A stretch of 64,000 bases of DNA from a bacterium (GCA_965209155.1 OZ242383.1:1376001-1440000), one strand, 5' to 3'; positions 1 through 10,859 are shown, counted from the stretch's first letter. The notes: generated from the letters alone by a model not told the origin. Made by a program: numbers and translations.

Positions 1-266
1 TTGTGACTATCGCATTGGCAACGGACTATGACTGCTGGTACCAATCCGAAGAAGAGGTAACCGTAGATCAAATCCTGTCAGTGATGCAGGAGAACATCAC
101 TACTTCAAAAGAAATTCTTTCCCGTACCTTGGAATCATTAACCAATGAACGGGTTTGCAAATGTGGGACCGCCCTGCAATACGGTATTGTCACCCAAAAG
201 GAATTGATTCCTGATCAAGTAAGAATCGATCTGGACGTCATCATCGGAAAATATATTCGGGGCTAA
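1..266 (+). CDS. mtnP: S-methyl-5'-thioadenosine phosphorylase, C-terminal part (begins before window)
   Basis: ALATDYDCW..EEVTV motif typical of the MTAP C-terminus. Confidence 0.85.
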   Translation, partial: VTIALATDYDCWYQSEEEVTVDQILSVMQENITTSKEILSRTLESLTNERVCKCGTALQYGIVTQKELIPDQVRIDLDVIIGKYIRG

Positions 267-381
267 CTGAATACTTTTGGTTGAAATAGTAAAGCCTGAG
301 TCCCAATACCCGGTTGATCACCCAAACTGCTCCTTTGTCGCAATCGCTCAATGGTACTGATTTCAAGTCTCTGCAGATAGT

Positions 382-2799
382 ATGGTTGTTGAGATCGCAT
401 TCAATTTACCCCTCCGTCAAAACTTCGACTACCTCTGGCCTGAACATTTAAATACTTCTCCACAAAAGGGCATCCGGGTCTTAGCTCCATTTGGCACGCT
501 GAAAAAAAGTGGTGTGATTGTCAAAATTAAATCATCCTCCGAATTTTCCGATTTGAAAGAGGTGGAGTTGGTATTAGACAGTGAGCCGGTTTTTATTGAA
601 AAACTGTTGGAATTGACCCGTTGGGTGGCTGAGTATTATTTTTGCAGTTGGGGTGAAGTTTTGAGCTGCGCTATCCCGGGAGGTTTCGGTCTTCGCTTCC
701 ACACTTCGTATAAACGGTCTATGGAAAGCGATCAATTGAAGGATTTGCAATCACTCGGTTCACCACTTCAGAAACTGATTCAATCTCAACACACCTGGAG
801 CAGACAAGAATGGTTGAAGGCCGGTGCCACAGAGAAGGATCACCGACAGCTCGATCGTTGGATCAAGGAAAAATCAGTGGAACCTGTTCAGACTTTCGCA
901 GGCACGAATATAAAATCAAAATTCGAACGTTGGGTACGACTGAAAAAAACTCCCGATATTATTGAGAAAAGAGATATCCGCAAGCAGACCAAAAAGGAAA
1001 AAATTCTATTATTGCTACAAAAACATTCCCCAATATCATTGTCAGAACTGAAAAATCATGTTCCGACACCTGCCCAAGCGGTGAAAAATCTCAAAGAGGA
1101 AGGAATTGTCGAAGTTTTTGAACAACGTGTCTATCGACGGTTTCTGCAAACTCCTGCTCCTCCCCGGGAAACCTTTTTTATGCTCAATGAAGGTCAGGAA
1201 TTGTCCTATCGTCGTATAGAATCTGCCATCGAAGCGGAAATATACCAATCATTTCTCATACATGGCGTCACGGGAAGCGGAAAGACCGAAGTCTACCTGC
1301 ACTGTGTCCGAAAGGCTCTGACGAAAGGGAAACAATCTCTCATCCTGGTACCCGAGATTTCCCTCACCCCTCAACTGGTAGATCGATTCCGAGCTCGTTT
1401 TGGAGACTGCATTGCAGTCCTGCATAGTGGAATGGACGATGTAGAACGATTCGACGAGTGGTACAGGATTCTTCAAGGAGAAGCGTCGATCGTTGTTGGC
1501 GCTCGAAGTGCCGTATTCGCGCCGCTCGACAACATCGGTCTCATTATCGTCGATGAGGAGCATGACACCTCATACAAACAGGAAGAATCTCCTCGATATA
1601 ATGGAAGAGATGTGGCTATATTTCGAGGATACCGTGCCGGAGCGACAGTGGTCTTGGGATCTGCCACACCCTCATTGGAATCTTACCTCAACGTCACTAA
1701 AAAAAAATATCATCTTCTCGCACTTCCTTCTCGCATCCACCAGGTGGAGCTTCCGGAAGTGAAATTAGTAAATTTGAAAAATTGCGTCCGTCAAAAAGGC
1801 AGTTATTTTTTTTCTATTCAAATGGTTGAGGCGCTCCGAATGCGGCTCTTGAAGAAAGAACAAAGCCTGTTGTTTTTGAACCGGCGTGGATTCGCTACTA
1901 TGTTACATTGTACCTTTTGTGAATCAGCGATCACGTGTCCAAATTGCAGTCTTTGTCTGGTATACCATCAAAGTGTGGGTATGCTCCGATGTCACCTCTG
2001 CGATCATACCATGCCTTTGCCTCGATATTGCCCTCATTGTCAAGCAAAGGAGTTGAAAATTCGAGGAGTGGGAACCGAACAAATTGCGTCGGAACTACAA
2101 ACGATGTTTCCCGAAGCGAGAATACTGAGGATGGACCGGGATACGTTGCGTCGTAAATACAGTCTGAGCCAGATGCTGGAACAAATCGGAAGCCGTCAGG
2201 TCGATATTGTGATCGGTACCCAGTTGGTCACTAAAGGACACGACTTCGCCAATATCACATTTGTCGGGGTTATCCTGGCGGACCTGTCCCTCAATTTTCC
2301 CGATTTTCGCGCAGCAGAACGGACGTTTCAGTTGCTGACCCAAGTTGCCGGACGTGCGGGACGCGGTAATAAACCGGGAAAGGTCTTAATTCAGACTTAT
2401 AATCCGTCCCATCATTCCTTGCAATGTACGCAAGATCACGACTTTTCTTACTTTCAGCAAAGGGAATTTCATATCCGTCAGCAATTGAAGGTTCCGCCTT
2501 TTGTGGCAATGGTGTCAGTACGATTCAGCAGCCTGAAAGAAAATCGTGCCCAAGCCCTTGCCAATTCATTTTATCAAAACCTGAGGACTGTCAGTCAAAT
2601 GGAATTTGAGTCTCTGGGGCCCAGCGAAGCTCCTATCAAAAAAATAAACAATCGTTTTCGTTGGATGGTTATCTTAAAAGCACCTCAAGTGAAGCACCTG
2701 CATTTATTGCTGCAATCCGCGCTCCACTTTCCGACGCCTCTCGTACTTCGTAGAGAAGAACGTATCGCCATTGATGTTGATCCTTATAATTTTCAATAA
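382..2799 (+). CDS. priA: Primosomal protein N' (PriA helicase)
   Basis: GVTGSGKTEVY Walker A, DEEHD, Cys-rich Zn region, QVAGRAGR, C-terminal IDVDP. Confidence 0.97.
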   Translation: MVVEIAFNLPLRQNFDYLWPEHLNTSPQKGIRVLAPFGTLKKSGVIVKIKSSSEFSDLKEVELVLDSEPVFIEKLLELTRWVAEYYFCSWGEVLSCAIPGGFGLRFHTSYKRSMESDQLKDLQSLGSPLQKLIQSQHTWSRQEWLKAGATEKDHRQLDRWIKEKSVEPVQTFAGTNIKSKFERWVRLKKTPDIIEKRDIRKQTKKEKILLLLQKHSPISLSELKNHVPTPAQAVKNLKEEGIVEVFEQRVYRRFLQTPAPPRETFFMLNEGQELSYRRIESAIEAEIYQSFLIHGVTGSGKTEVYLHCVRKALTKGKQSLILVPEISLTPQLVDRFRARFGDCIAVLHSGMDDVERFDEWYRILQGEASIVVGARSAVFAPLDNIGLIIVDEEHDTSYKQEESPRYNGRDVAIFRGYRAGATVVLGSATPSLESYLNVTKKKYHLLALPSRIHQVELPEVKLVNLKNCVRQKGSYFFSIQMVEALRMRLLKKEQSLLFLNRRGFATMLHCTFCESAITCPNCSLCLVYHQSVGMLRCHLCDHTMPLPRYCPHCQAKELKIRGVGTEQIASELQTMFPEARILRMDRDTLRRKYSLSQMLEQIGSRQVDIVIGTQLVTKGHDFANITFVGVILADLSLNFPDFRAAERTFQLLTQVAGRAGRGNKPGKVLIQTYNPSHHSLQCTQDHDFSYFQQREFHIRQQLKVPPFVAMVSVRFSSLKENRAQALANSFYQNLRTVSQMEFESLGPSEAPIKKINNRFRWMVILKAPQVKHLHLLLQSALHFPTPLVLRREERIAIDVDPYNFQ

Positions 2800-2814
2800 G
2801 GTATTCAATAGGAA

Positions 2815-4635
2815 TTATGCAACTGTGACGGATTTGGCCAAATTTCTGGGTCTATCGATATCACGCCCCAAATCCAATGCGGTGTAGTAGGCAAATAGCT
2901 GTGCCATTATCAATTGGAGAAAAGGCGCAACTAAAAAATGGACCCTGGGCAATTCAATCCAATGATCCAATAAAGCCAGGGCTTTGCTATCACCTTCAAA
3001 GACAAATCCCAACACGGTTCCTCCTCGTGCCTTGATTTCTTCCACGGCAACGAGAGTCCGGTGATACAATTCCTCTTGTTCAGGAAGGGGAATAAAAAAT
3101 AAAGTATACAAAGAATTATCGATCATAGCCAAGGTGCCATGTTTTAGAAAACCCGTCGACATCCCTTCTGAGTGCAGGTAGCTCACTTCTTTCATTTTCA
3201 AAGCAGATTCCATGGCAATCGGATAATAAATCCCGCTACCCAGAAACAACCAATTGTGTACCCGACTGGTTTGCCGGGCCATATTTCGGATGAAACCCGA
3301 TTGCTCATTCAAGACCATTTCAATGATTTCAGGAAATTCATCGAGAACGTTGCTGAATAATTCGTATTCGTTTTCAGTTATTCGACTTTCAGATCGGGCC
3401 AACTCCAGTACAATGCGCAAGAGGATGATCATTTGAGAAAAGGCGGCTTTCGTAGAAACCACGCATATCTCCGCTCCGGAACCCTGCATGATGACATAAT
3501 CAACCATCATGCTGATAGCAGACCCCATCACGTTGACGATTGCTGCAGTTTTCGCCTGTTGCACATTGGCAAAGCTGATGGCCATTTTGGTATCATAGGT
3601 CTCTCCTGATTGAGAGAAGCACAGCATCATATCGGCGTCTGTCAGTATGACGTTTTCTTGAAATTCATCCGAACTCACAGCAGGCAGATATCGATTGGCG
3701 TATTTTGTAAAGAGGTACTGCCCCACCATGGCTACATAAAACGTGGTTCCCACTCCCACCAGGTAGCATTGTCTTGATCGTCGCACCATGTCGGCCATTG
3801 TCTGAATTTTTCTGATTTCTATTTTCAATGCTTGCTTGGCGGTGAAGGGTTGGTCAAAAATTTCTTTGAGCATATAATGGGAAAATCCACCTTTTTTCGT
3901 GGACTCAATGTCCCAATGAATCGTAAAGGGTTGCTTTTGGATGGGTTGCCGGGTTTTCACGTTCTTAATCCAGTACTCATCTTTGCTGAGAATGGCATAG
4001 TCGTCGTCATCGAGGGTAACCGCAGTTTTGGTAAATTCCAGAAATGCATTGACGTCGGATCCAATGTAGTGTCGATTCTCACCCATACCCAATATCAAAG
4101 GGGAGAGATTTTTGGCGCAATAGATATATTCGGGTTGATGAATTGTAAGCATTGCGGTCGCAAATGCTCCTTCGACTTGATTGAGGGCCGTGACAAAGGC
4201 TTCCTCCACGTCTTGGCATTGTCCATACGCACGTTCGATCAAATGAGCAAATACTTCCGAATCGGTCATAGAACGGAAAGTTGCGCCTTCACGATGGAGT
4301 TTCTCTTTCAATTCTTGATAATTGGAGAAAATTCCATTGTGGACAATGGCAAACTCTTCATTGCCCGAAAAATGAGGGTGAGAATTTTCCCGGGTTACCC
4401 CTCCATGAGTCGCCCACCGTGTATGAGCAATGCCCACCGTGCCCATCATGCGATTCAGGCGCTCTTTTTTGTTGACTTCATCAACCGTCCCAATGTTTTT
4501 TTGGATGAGAATTTTACCATTCTTAAAAAGAGCCATCCCGCATGAATCGTATCCCCGATACTCTAAATTACGAATAGAACTCAACAGATCTTTGGCAACA
4601 TTGCGCGTACTGACGATCCCGCTTATACCACACAT
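2815..4635 (-). CDS. glmS: Glutamine--fructose-6-phosphate transaminase
   Basis: MCGI N-terminus, LEYRGYDS, HTRWATHG, SQSGET, PRNLAKSVTV. Confidence 0.97.
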   Translation of the reverse strand: MCGISGIVSTRNVAKDLLSSIRNLEYRGYDSCGMALFKNGKILIQKNIGTVDEVNKKERLNRMMGTVGIAHTRWATHGGVTRENSHPHFSGNEEFAIVHNGIFSNYQELKEKLHREGATFRSMTDSEVFAHLIERAYGQCQDVEEAFVTALNQVEGAFATAMLTIHQPEYIYCAKNLSPLILGMGENRHYIGSDVNAFLEFTKTAVTLDDDDYAILSKDEYWIKNVKTRQPIQKQPFTIHWDIESTKKGGFSHYMLKEIFDQPFTAKQALKIEIRKIQTMADMVRRSRQCYLVGVGTTFYVAMVGQYLFTKYANRYLPAVSSDEFQENVILTDADMMLCFSQSGETYDTKMAISFANVQQAKTAAIVNVMGSAISMMVDYVIMQGSGAEICVVSTKAAFSQMIILLRIVLELARSESRITENEYELFSNVLDEFPEIIEMVLNEQSGFIRNMARQTSRVHNWLFLGSGIYYPIAMESALKMKEVSYLHSEGMSTGFLKHGTLAMIDNSLYTLFFIPLPEQEELYHRTLVAVEEIKARGGTVLGFVFEGDSKALALLDHWIELPRVHFLVAPFLQLIMAQLFAYYTALDLGRDIDRPRNLAKSVTVA

Positions 4636-4644
4636 AAATGATCC

Positions 4645-5853
4645 TCAACGACTGGAGGGAAGAGAGAGATTATCAGGAATGACCACGTTCGGCTGAATGG
4701 CAGTCCCGGGAGCAAGAGTATGCCGGGCTCCGATGATTGCGTTATCACCTATAAAGGCACCGAGTTTTTGCAAATTTGAGCGGACGGGTCTGCCATGAGA
4801 ATTATATTCGATTGGAGAAAAATCAGACCAATGATTGACGGTAGTAATTCCAGACCCCAATTGCACGTTTTCTCCCACCACGCTGTCCTCTACAAATGAA
4901 AGTCCACCGATTGAATTGGCTCCCAGTAAAACGCAATTTTTCAATTCACTGGCATAGCCGATGGTGGATTCGGGGCCCAAGACACTATAGCTGCGGATCA
5001 GAGTGTTGTTTCCCACATAAGAATTCTTTCCAATATAACAGGGCCCCCGCAGAATCGAACCAGATTCAATCACCACATTTTCCTCAATAATGACAGCTCC
5101 CTCCAAATCTACTTGTCCTTTCAGATGCACTGAATTATGGATGCTCGCTTCCTCCCAAAGATTCATTATCATCATATTGGCCTCCAGGATGTGCCATGGA
5201 TAAATGATGTCAATCCATCCTCTTTCCCACAAAGAAGCTTGTAAACCATTTTCACGGATTAAAGCTTGAAAGCATTGCTCCATATCATTTCCATACGTCA
5301 TCAAATGATGAAAAATTTTGGAAGAAAGCACAAAAATTCCGGCAAAGACATAGTTGGCTCGTTGTCCTTCCTGAGGTTTTTCAACAAGCCGACGAATTTT
5401 CATTTCGTGATTCAAGTATACGTTTCCAAATTCTTTAGAAGATGGAGGAAGAGTGACAACGGCTAAATCGTCTCCTGTTTCGTAATGAACTTTGAGGGCT
5501 TCTTGAAAAATATTGCCGTCAGCCAACACATCTCCATAAACTAAAAGAAATGGTTCGACTGCTCCTAAAGCAGATTCACATAAGCGCAATGCATGTCCGA
5601 TTCCTTCTACCGATTCCTGAAAAACAAATTCAATATTGACCCCCAATTGCTCTCCATGTTCAAAATATTCTTGAATCATCTCTTTTTTATAATTGACCAC
5701 TATGAGAATTTCTCGAATTCCGACTTCCCTCAAAAATTCAATCATGGTTTCCAAAATATATTTACCGGCGATGGGGATCATTGGTTTGGGGCGAGTTTCA
5801 GTAAAAGGGCTGAGTCGTTCACTTCGATTCGCAGCCAATATCACGGCTTTCAT
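4645..5853 (-). CDS. Archaeal-type bifunctional sugar-1-phosphate nucleotidyltransferase/acetyltransferase (GlmU-like)
   Basis: NTP-transferase N-terminus (RPKPMIPIAGK), hexapeptide-repeat C-terminus with KLGAFIGDN; directly upstream of glmS. Confidence 0.8.
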   Translation of the reverse strand: MKAVILAANRSERLSPFTETRPKPMIPIAGKYILETMIEFLREVGIREILIVVNYKKEMIQEYFEHGEQLGVNIEFVFQESVEGIGHALRLCESALGAVEPFLLVYGDVLADGNIFQEALKVHYETGDDLAVVTLPPSSKEFGNVYLNHEMKIRRLVEKPQEGQRANYVFAGIFVLSSKIFHHLMTYGNDMEQCFQALIRENGLQASLWERGWIDIIYPWHILEANMMIMNLWEEASIHNSVHLKGQVDLEGAVIIEENVVIESGSILRGPCYIGKNSYVGNNTLIRSYSVLGPESTIGYASELKNCVLLGANSIGGLSFVEDSVVGENVQLGSGITTVNHWSDFSPIEYNSHGRPVRSNLQKLGAFIGDNAIIGARHTLAPGTAIQPNVVIPDNLSLPSSR

Positions 5854-5926
5854 AACTTTCTCCGATAATGGTCAGGATAAGGAAAAGATTCACGTTGAGG
5901 TTCAAGACCGAACAGTATTTCCAAAA

Positions 5927-6598
5927 TCAACGGATTTGCTCACTGATCGTTTTCAGTACTTGTGAAATTGACAAATGAGTCGAGTCCACATGGATCGCAT
6001 CTTCGGCAGGCAATAAGGGGGCTAGTTCACGAGCACTGTCTTGCGAATCACGAATTTCCAAAGCATTGGATATTTCCTCAAAGGATAGATCTTCTCCCTG
6101 GACCAACAGCTGTTGGTGCCGGCGTTGGGCTCTTACATGTTTTTCTCCATCTAAAAAAAACTTAAAGGTTGCATCGGGAAATATGACAGTTCCGATATCA
6201 CGACCTTCCAGAACAGCCCCCTGGTATTTTCCAGTTCGTTTGGCCTCCTTCACAATTTGACGCTGCTTTTCCTTCATACTGAGTCGAATGGCGGAATATC
6301 GACTGATTTGTGATGCCACCTGCGAGATTTCTTCTTTTCTGATTACTTCGCTGACGTCCAAACCATTGCAGAAGACCTTATTTCCCAATTCAAACCAAAT
6401 GTTCGTATTCTCGCCCAATTGTTGTAATACCTCATGGCGCTCATTCATTCCTTGCAGTTTCCAAACATACGCCAGACAGCGAAACATGGCCCCGGTATCC
6501 ACGTATAGAAATTTTTTTTCTTTAGCTAAAAGACGGGCGATAGTGCTTTTTCCACTTCCGCTGGGACCATCGATGGCGATGATTTTAAAATCCCTCAT
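5927..6598 (-). CDS. cmk: Cytidylate kinase
   Basis: IAIDGPSGSGKST, DTGAMFR, EGRDIGTVIFPDA. Confidence 0.96.
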   Translation of the reverse strand: MRDFKIIAIDGPSGSGKSTIARLLAKEKKFLYVDTGAMFRCLAYVWKLQGMNERHEVLQQLGENTNIWFELGNKVFCNGLDVSEVIRKEEISQVASQISRYSAIRLSMKEKQRQIVKEAKRTGKYQGAVLEGRDIGTVIFPDATFKFFLDGEKHVRAQRRHQQLLVQGEDLSFEEISNALEIRDSQDSARELAPLLPAEDAIHVDSTHLSISQVLKTISEQIR

Positions 6599-9258
6599 TT
6601 TTGTGTTTCACGTGAAACAACGCTCAATCTTTCCAGGTGCTCTTTGGCCTGTCGCCGAAGGTCTTCATCCTCGAATTCCTGCAAAATCTTGTCGTAAAGC
6701 GCTTCGGCTTGCTTGAATTTTTTCACCTGTTCATAGCAATAGGCAATTTTCCTCAAGAGGTTGAATTTTTCGGAAGGTTGAGCTTTTGTATCCAAGTAAA
6801 ACACTTTTAAAAAATAGCCGGCTGCCTGGTTGAATTGCCCGGCCTGGAGCGCGGTTTCGCCCTTTTCCTCCAGGATAACATGAGACGGTATGTTTGAATT
6901 TTCCAAGACCATTATTTGGTCCAAGAGTTGATCCGCTTCCTCGTACAAATCCAATCTTTTTTTTACTTTGGCCAATTCAAAAAGCAATTCGGCTTTGGCA
7001 GGGGGCGAAATAGAGTCCTCGTTCAATTGAAATTCATAATTTTCAGCCAATATTTGCAAAAATCGTTTTTCCTCTTCTCTGTTCTCCAATCGCAAATAGT
7101 ACTCGATGAGAAATATGAGAACATCGACGCTCATATGATCCCGCGGACCCTCCAGCACCTTATAACTCATCTCGATAAACTCGTTGTCATTCCCTGCGTT
7201 GTGAGCCAATTTTGCCAATTTATGATAGAGATAACGTGAATCACCATGGAGATTGTGTTCAAGCGCTTGCCGATAAAAATAAGCCGTTTGCTCTGAATGT
7301 GGCAAAACAAATGCGGATTCAGCACGCATATAATGGAGATAGGCCAATTGCTCCGCATTCCAGGATTTCGCTAAAACGCGGGTAATGGTATTCACAATCT
7401 CTTCAAATTTTTCCAGTTCCAGGAGGGACTCGATTTTCAGTTGAACCATTTCAAAATTCAGGGCATTGACTTCTACTTTTTCCAATAATTCGTTGGCTTC
7501 TGAAAATTGCCTCAATTCCATCAGAATTCGAACCCAGAGCACCCTCATGGGGGATGATAATTCCTCATTGAGTCGCGTTCGACGCCAGTCTTCCAACACC
7601 TGTCTGGCATCTTCATACTGTTGGATGGCAAACAATCCATCGGCATGATAGTAGAAGGCCTCCGTTAAAAAAGGAGTCTGAGGAAAGGACGAAATCAATT
7701 TTTTAAAATAAAACCGGGTTCTCTCCCAATTCTGCGAGTCATGGTAAAAACGCAGCAGGTAAAATAGGCTGTCGTCATATCTTTCATGCGCAGGTTCGAC
7801 CTGTTTGAGGATCAGAGGAACCATAGCGGATCCCAGTTCACCCTGTGTGATTCCATACCAAAAGACATATTCGGATTTCTTGGTAGACAGACGGTAATCA
7901 ATCAACATTCTATTCAACCGGTTTCCGCCTTTATCAAAATTATTGGTTTGCAATTCAAGGGAAGCCAGGTAGAAAAATAATTGTTCTTGTGAAGTACTGT
8001 CTTTTACATAGGAAAGAGCCTTTTGATATTCCAAATGAGCGTCTTCGTGTTCTTTCAACTGATCATGAGCAAATCCGAAAACCCAATGGGCTTGCAGCCC
8101 CCAATTGGATATAAGGGATTCATCATAGTCGAAATCGGCTAAAAAACGGTACCATTGCTTCTCAAATGCATAGTGAAACAAAAAACGTAAATTATCGCTT
8201 CTCAATTGTTCTGTGGAAAATAAGTCCAAGCCGAGTCCAGCCCGATTGGGTTGATCCTGCCATAAATTGAAGTAGAAAAATCCTTGCGCAAAGAGATCTC
8301 TTTTTTCAATACCTTTTTCTTCAATCCAACTCAATTTCTGTTGTGCCGCCTGCCAATTCCGTCGCTCGAGATCACTCGATATGCCCACCAAAAGCAAATG
8401 TTCCATTTGAGGATGGTTACTGAAACGAGAGTGAACGGTTTGAATCAGGGGGTGGACAAAATCCCACTTTTTCAATCGGTGGTACAATTGGGCGATTTGG
8501 ACCGAATTTTCAAAATATTGTGAATTCTGCGGAAATTGCTCTTGAAGCTTCAAAAGAGAATTCAGCGCTTCGACGTGTTGCTTTTCTTTAAGGTAGGCAA
8601 AGATTTGGAGGGGCAATATTTCTTCAAGAATTTCATTGGTCAGAATGGTTTGCGTGAATTGGTTCGTATAAGTTATGGCCTGATGAGAGTCCCCCAGAAA
8701 AAGGGTGAGCCAAATCAGGATATGCGCGCTTCGCAGCAAGTATTCCGAATGTTCCCGCTCTTGAATGATATCCAGTAAAATTCCCCGAGCCTCATCATAA
8801 TCTTTCAACAGGATATAAATCTGGGATTTCCAAAATAAACTGGCTTGGATAAATTGGCTTGCGGGAAATTTTTCAATCAAATCATCAAAACCCTCCAAGC
8901 TATTGCGCAACTCCCCGTTATTGTATCGATCAAGAGCCAATTGATAAAGATCTTCCGCATTGGCGAAAAAAATAAATCCTGGAGGATTGGAAGCTTCGCG
9001 CCAAGAAGGTTTTTTGGGAAGTTTAAGAGCAATATCCGCAAACAGTGGAATGGTTTTAAGACTGCTCAAGGCCGGAGGAGGCCTTTTTACTGAATAGGTA
9101 CCCAACCTGGTTGAAATAAGCTGCTCGGGAGTTTCTTGTCCCCAAAGAGCCGTGACGGGGAAAATGAGAAAGCACCAAATGAAGATATTCCGGCAAAGGC
9201 CGATATTCCAGACTTTGCTTTTTCTTATCCACCCTGACAAATACAATATAAAATTCAT
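6595..9258 (-). CDS. Large exported tetratricopeptide-repeat protein
   Basis: 887 aa, N-terminal hydrophobic signal, repeated helical TPR-like units (FPASQF, FPQTPF). Confidence 0.75.
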   Translation of the reverse strand: MNFILYLSGWIRKSKVWNIGLCRNIFIWCFLIFPVTALWGQETPEQLISTRLGTYSVKRPPPALSSLKTIPLFADIALKLPKKPSWREASNPPGFIFFANAEDLYQLALDRYNNGELRNSLEGFDDLIEKFPASQFIQASLFWKSQIYILLKDYDEARGILLDIIQEREHSEYLLRSAHILIWLTLFLGDSHQAITYTNQFTQTILTNEILEEILPLQIFAYLKEKQHVEALNSLLKLQEQFPQNSQYFENSVQIAQLYHRLKKWDFVHPLIQTVHSRFSNHPQMEHLLLVGISSDLERRNWQAAQQKLSWIEEKGIEKRDLFAQGFFYFNLWQDQPNRAGLGLDLFSTEQLRSDNLRFLFHYAFEKQWYRFLADFDYDESLISNWGLQAHWVFGFAHDQLKEHEDAHLEYQKALSYVKDSTSQEQLFFYLASLELQTNNFDKGGNRLNRMLIDYRLSTKKSEYVFWYGITQGELGSAMVPLILKQVEPAHERYDDSLFYLLRFYHDSQNWERTRFYFKKLISSFPQTPFLTEAFYYHADGLFAIQQYEDARQVLEDWRRTRLNEELSSPMRVLWVRILMELRQFSEANELLEKVEVNALNFEMVQLKIESLLELEKFEEIVNTITRVLAKSWNAEQLAYLHYMRAESAFVLPHSEQTAYFYRQALEHNLHGDSRYLYHKLAKLAHNAGNDNEFIEMSYKVLEGPRDHMSVDVLIFLIEYYLRLENREEEKRFLQILAENYEFQLNEDSISPPAKAELLFELAKVKKRLDLYEEADQLLDQIMVLENSNIPSHVILEEKGETALQAGQFNQAAGYFLKVFYLDTKAQPSEKFNLLRKIAYCYEQVKKFKQAEALYDKILQEFEDEDLRRQAKEHLERLSVVSRETQK
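6604..6619. promoter_or_regulatory. parS centromere-like site
   Basis: TGTTTCACGTGAAACA, a perfect 16-bp match to the canonical parS palindrome. Confidence 0.85.
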
Positions 9259-9314
9259 TATCTCTCTCGATAGTGTAAATTGAATTGCGTGAAATTGAGT
9301 AGGGTTGAATCCAT

Positions 9315-9581
9315 GGGACTTTCCCGGTAGGTTTGATGATGTCCAATATAAACCTGCTATAAGGAGGAAGCCCCATGAATTTTGAATTGACAGTAACGGA
9401 ATTCAGAGAAATGTTCAATACTCTTCAAAGCCCGTCACGACCCTCACGCCAACCAGACCTTCACCGATTCCTCCAAACTGGATATCGACCATGTCGCCCA
9501 CTCAAAAAAGCCTTCCTCTCCGGAGTCTGTAATTGGAATTCTGAAAAGAAACGGAAATATGCCAACAATCTCGGCAACGAA
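9315..9581 (+). pseudogene. Mosaic remnant: possible transposase 5' end fused to a frameshifted DUF1524/HNH nuclease fragment
   Basis: 9436-9581 reads HDPHANQTFTDSSKLDIDHV / PLKKAFLSG..WNSEKKRKYANNL across a frameshift. Upstream AGGAGG-ATG MNFELTVTEFREMF loosely resembles IS256-type N-termini. Confidence 0.5.
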
Positions 9582-9849
9582 GTCCGGTCGGCCGGCTGAC
9601 GTGAAAACGATAAAGGTTGCCTGAAGAACACACTTGACGGGGTTTGTATGCTTTAACTCAAAGCCCTTTTGATGCGAATCCGGAATATTTCGAGACTCTC
9701 ATTTGGTTGTCACCGGACGTTTTTAATGGGAACAAAAGGATTAGATTTTATTCCATGTTCTTACAACCCTGTAGATATGACCACACTCGCGACAATAGAG
9801 AACTACTTTGTACTTTGAAAGCCCACGACCTTGCTAGTGAGTTATTGGC

Positions 9850-10515
9850 TCAGTTGGTGTTTGTTGTAACGAGTTCACCCTTGTGCCATTCTTGCTCGAA
9901 ACGTCTGCCGTCCGATGAAGTAAAGGTTCCCTTTCCATGCTTCATGTCATCCTGCCACTCTCCTTCGTAACGTCCCCCATCTGCCCAAATGTAAGTTCCT
10001 TTTCCATGTTTCATGTCACCTCGCTATTCTCCCTCGTATCGTTCCCCATCCGGCCAGGCGAGGGTTCCTTTTCCATGCCTCATGTCATCTTGCCACTCTC
10101 CTTCGTAATGCCTCCCATCTGGCCAAGTGAGGGTGCCCTTTCCATGCATCTTGTCACTTCGCCACTCTCCCTTGTAACTTACCCCATCCGGCCAAATGTA
10201 GATTCCCCTTCCATGCCTCATGTCATTTTGCCATTCTCCCTCGTAACGCTCGCCATCCGGCCAAGTGAGGGTGCCCTTTCCATACTTTCGAGCTTCTCCT
10301 TCGTAACGACTGCCGTCTTCATAAGTCCAGGTAACCCATTCTCCGTTGTCTGTTTCCTGGGGTGCCTCCTCTTTTATCTCACTGAATTCCTGGGATCCCA
10401 CCGGGTTGACTGAACCTGGTTGCAGTAGTTCGAAGGGGGTCGTACAGGCAATAAGTCCGAAGGAAAGCAAAATGGCTATGATTTCCAAGCCCTGATTCGT
10501 ATTTTTCATTTTCAT
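9850..10515 (-). pseudogene. MORN-repeat lipoprotein interrupted by an in-frame TAG (10024-10026)
   Basis: Lipobox LIAC and YEGEW..D..HG.G repeats. The frame continues after the TAG (RGDMKHGKGTYIWADGGRYEGEW...) to TGA at 9850-9852. Confidence 0.85.
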
Positions 10516-10859
10516 CCTTTCCTGGAAATGATGGCGCAAACCGAGATGAACAATTCATAAAAAAGTCCGGACGGGTCAAATGACAAAAAAAGCTCTCTCA
10601 TTGGGCCGAAGTACCATCTGGCAAATTGTTCGCAGTAGGTTTTGACGGAGACGCCCTGTGTGGGTTTGGGTTCGTCTTTGACAAACGGAGGCGCAAGAAG
10701 AGATTAGGATCAAGGCAATGAAGATGGCAGGAAACTTCATTTATTTGCTCTAGTTGGTTACATGCGTATTTCTCAACTGCTACGACTATTATAGGGTTTC
10801 CTGAAAAAATATATGGGGCAGTGTCTCAGTTTGAAATAGAAAAGGAGAATCTATCTTGA

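Noticed and set aside
9850..10330. DGR template/variable repeat or CRISPR in the 69-bp periodic region
   Set aside because: Periodicity is explained by 23-aa MORN repeats; no reverse transcriptase in the window
10513..10740. Small lipoprotein (MKFPAIFIALILISSC...) upstream of the MORN gene
   Set aside because: Only 54 codons, probably frameshifted, with no recognisable domain; too weak to annotate
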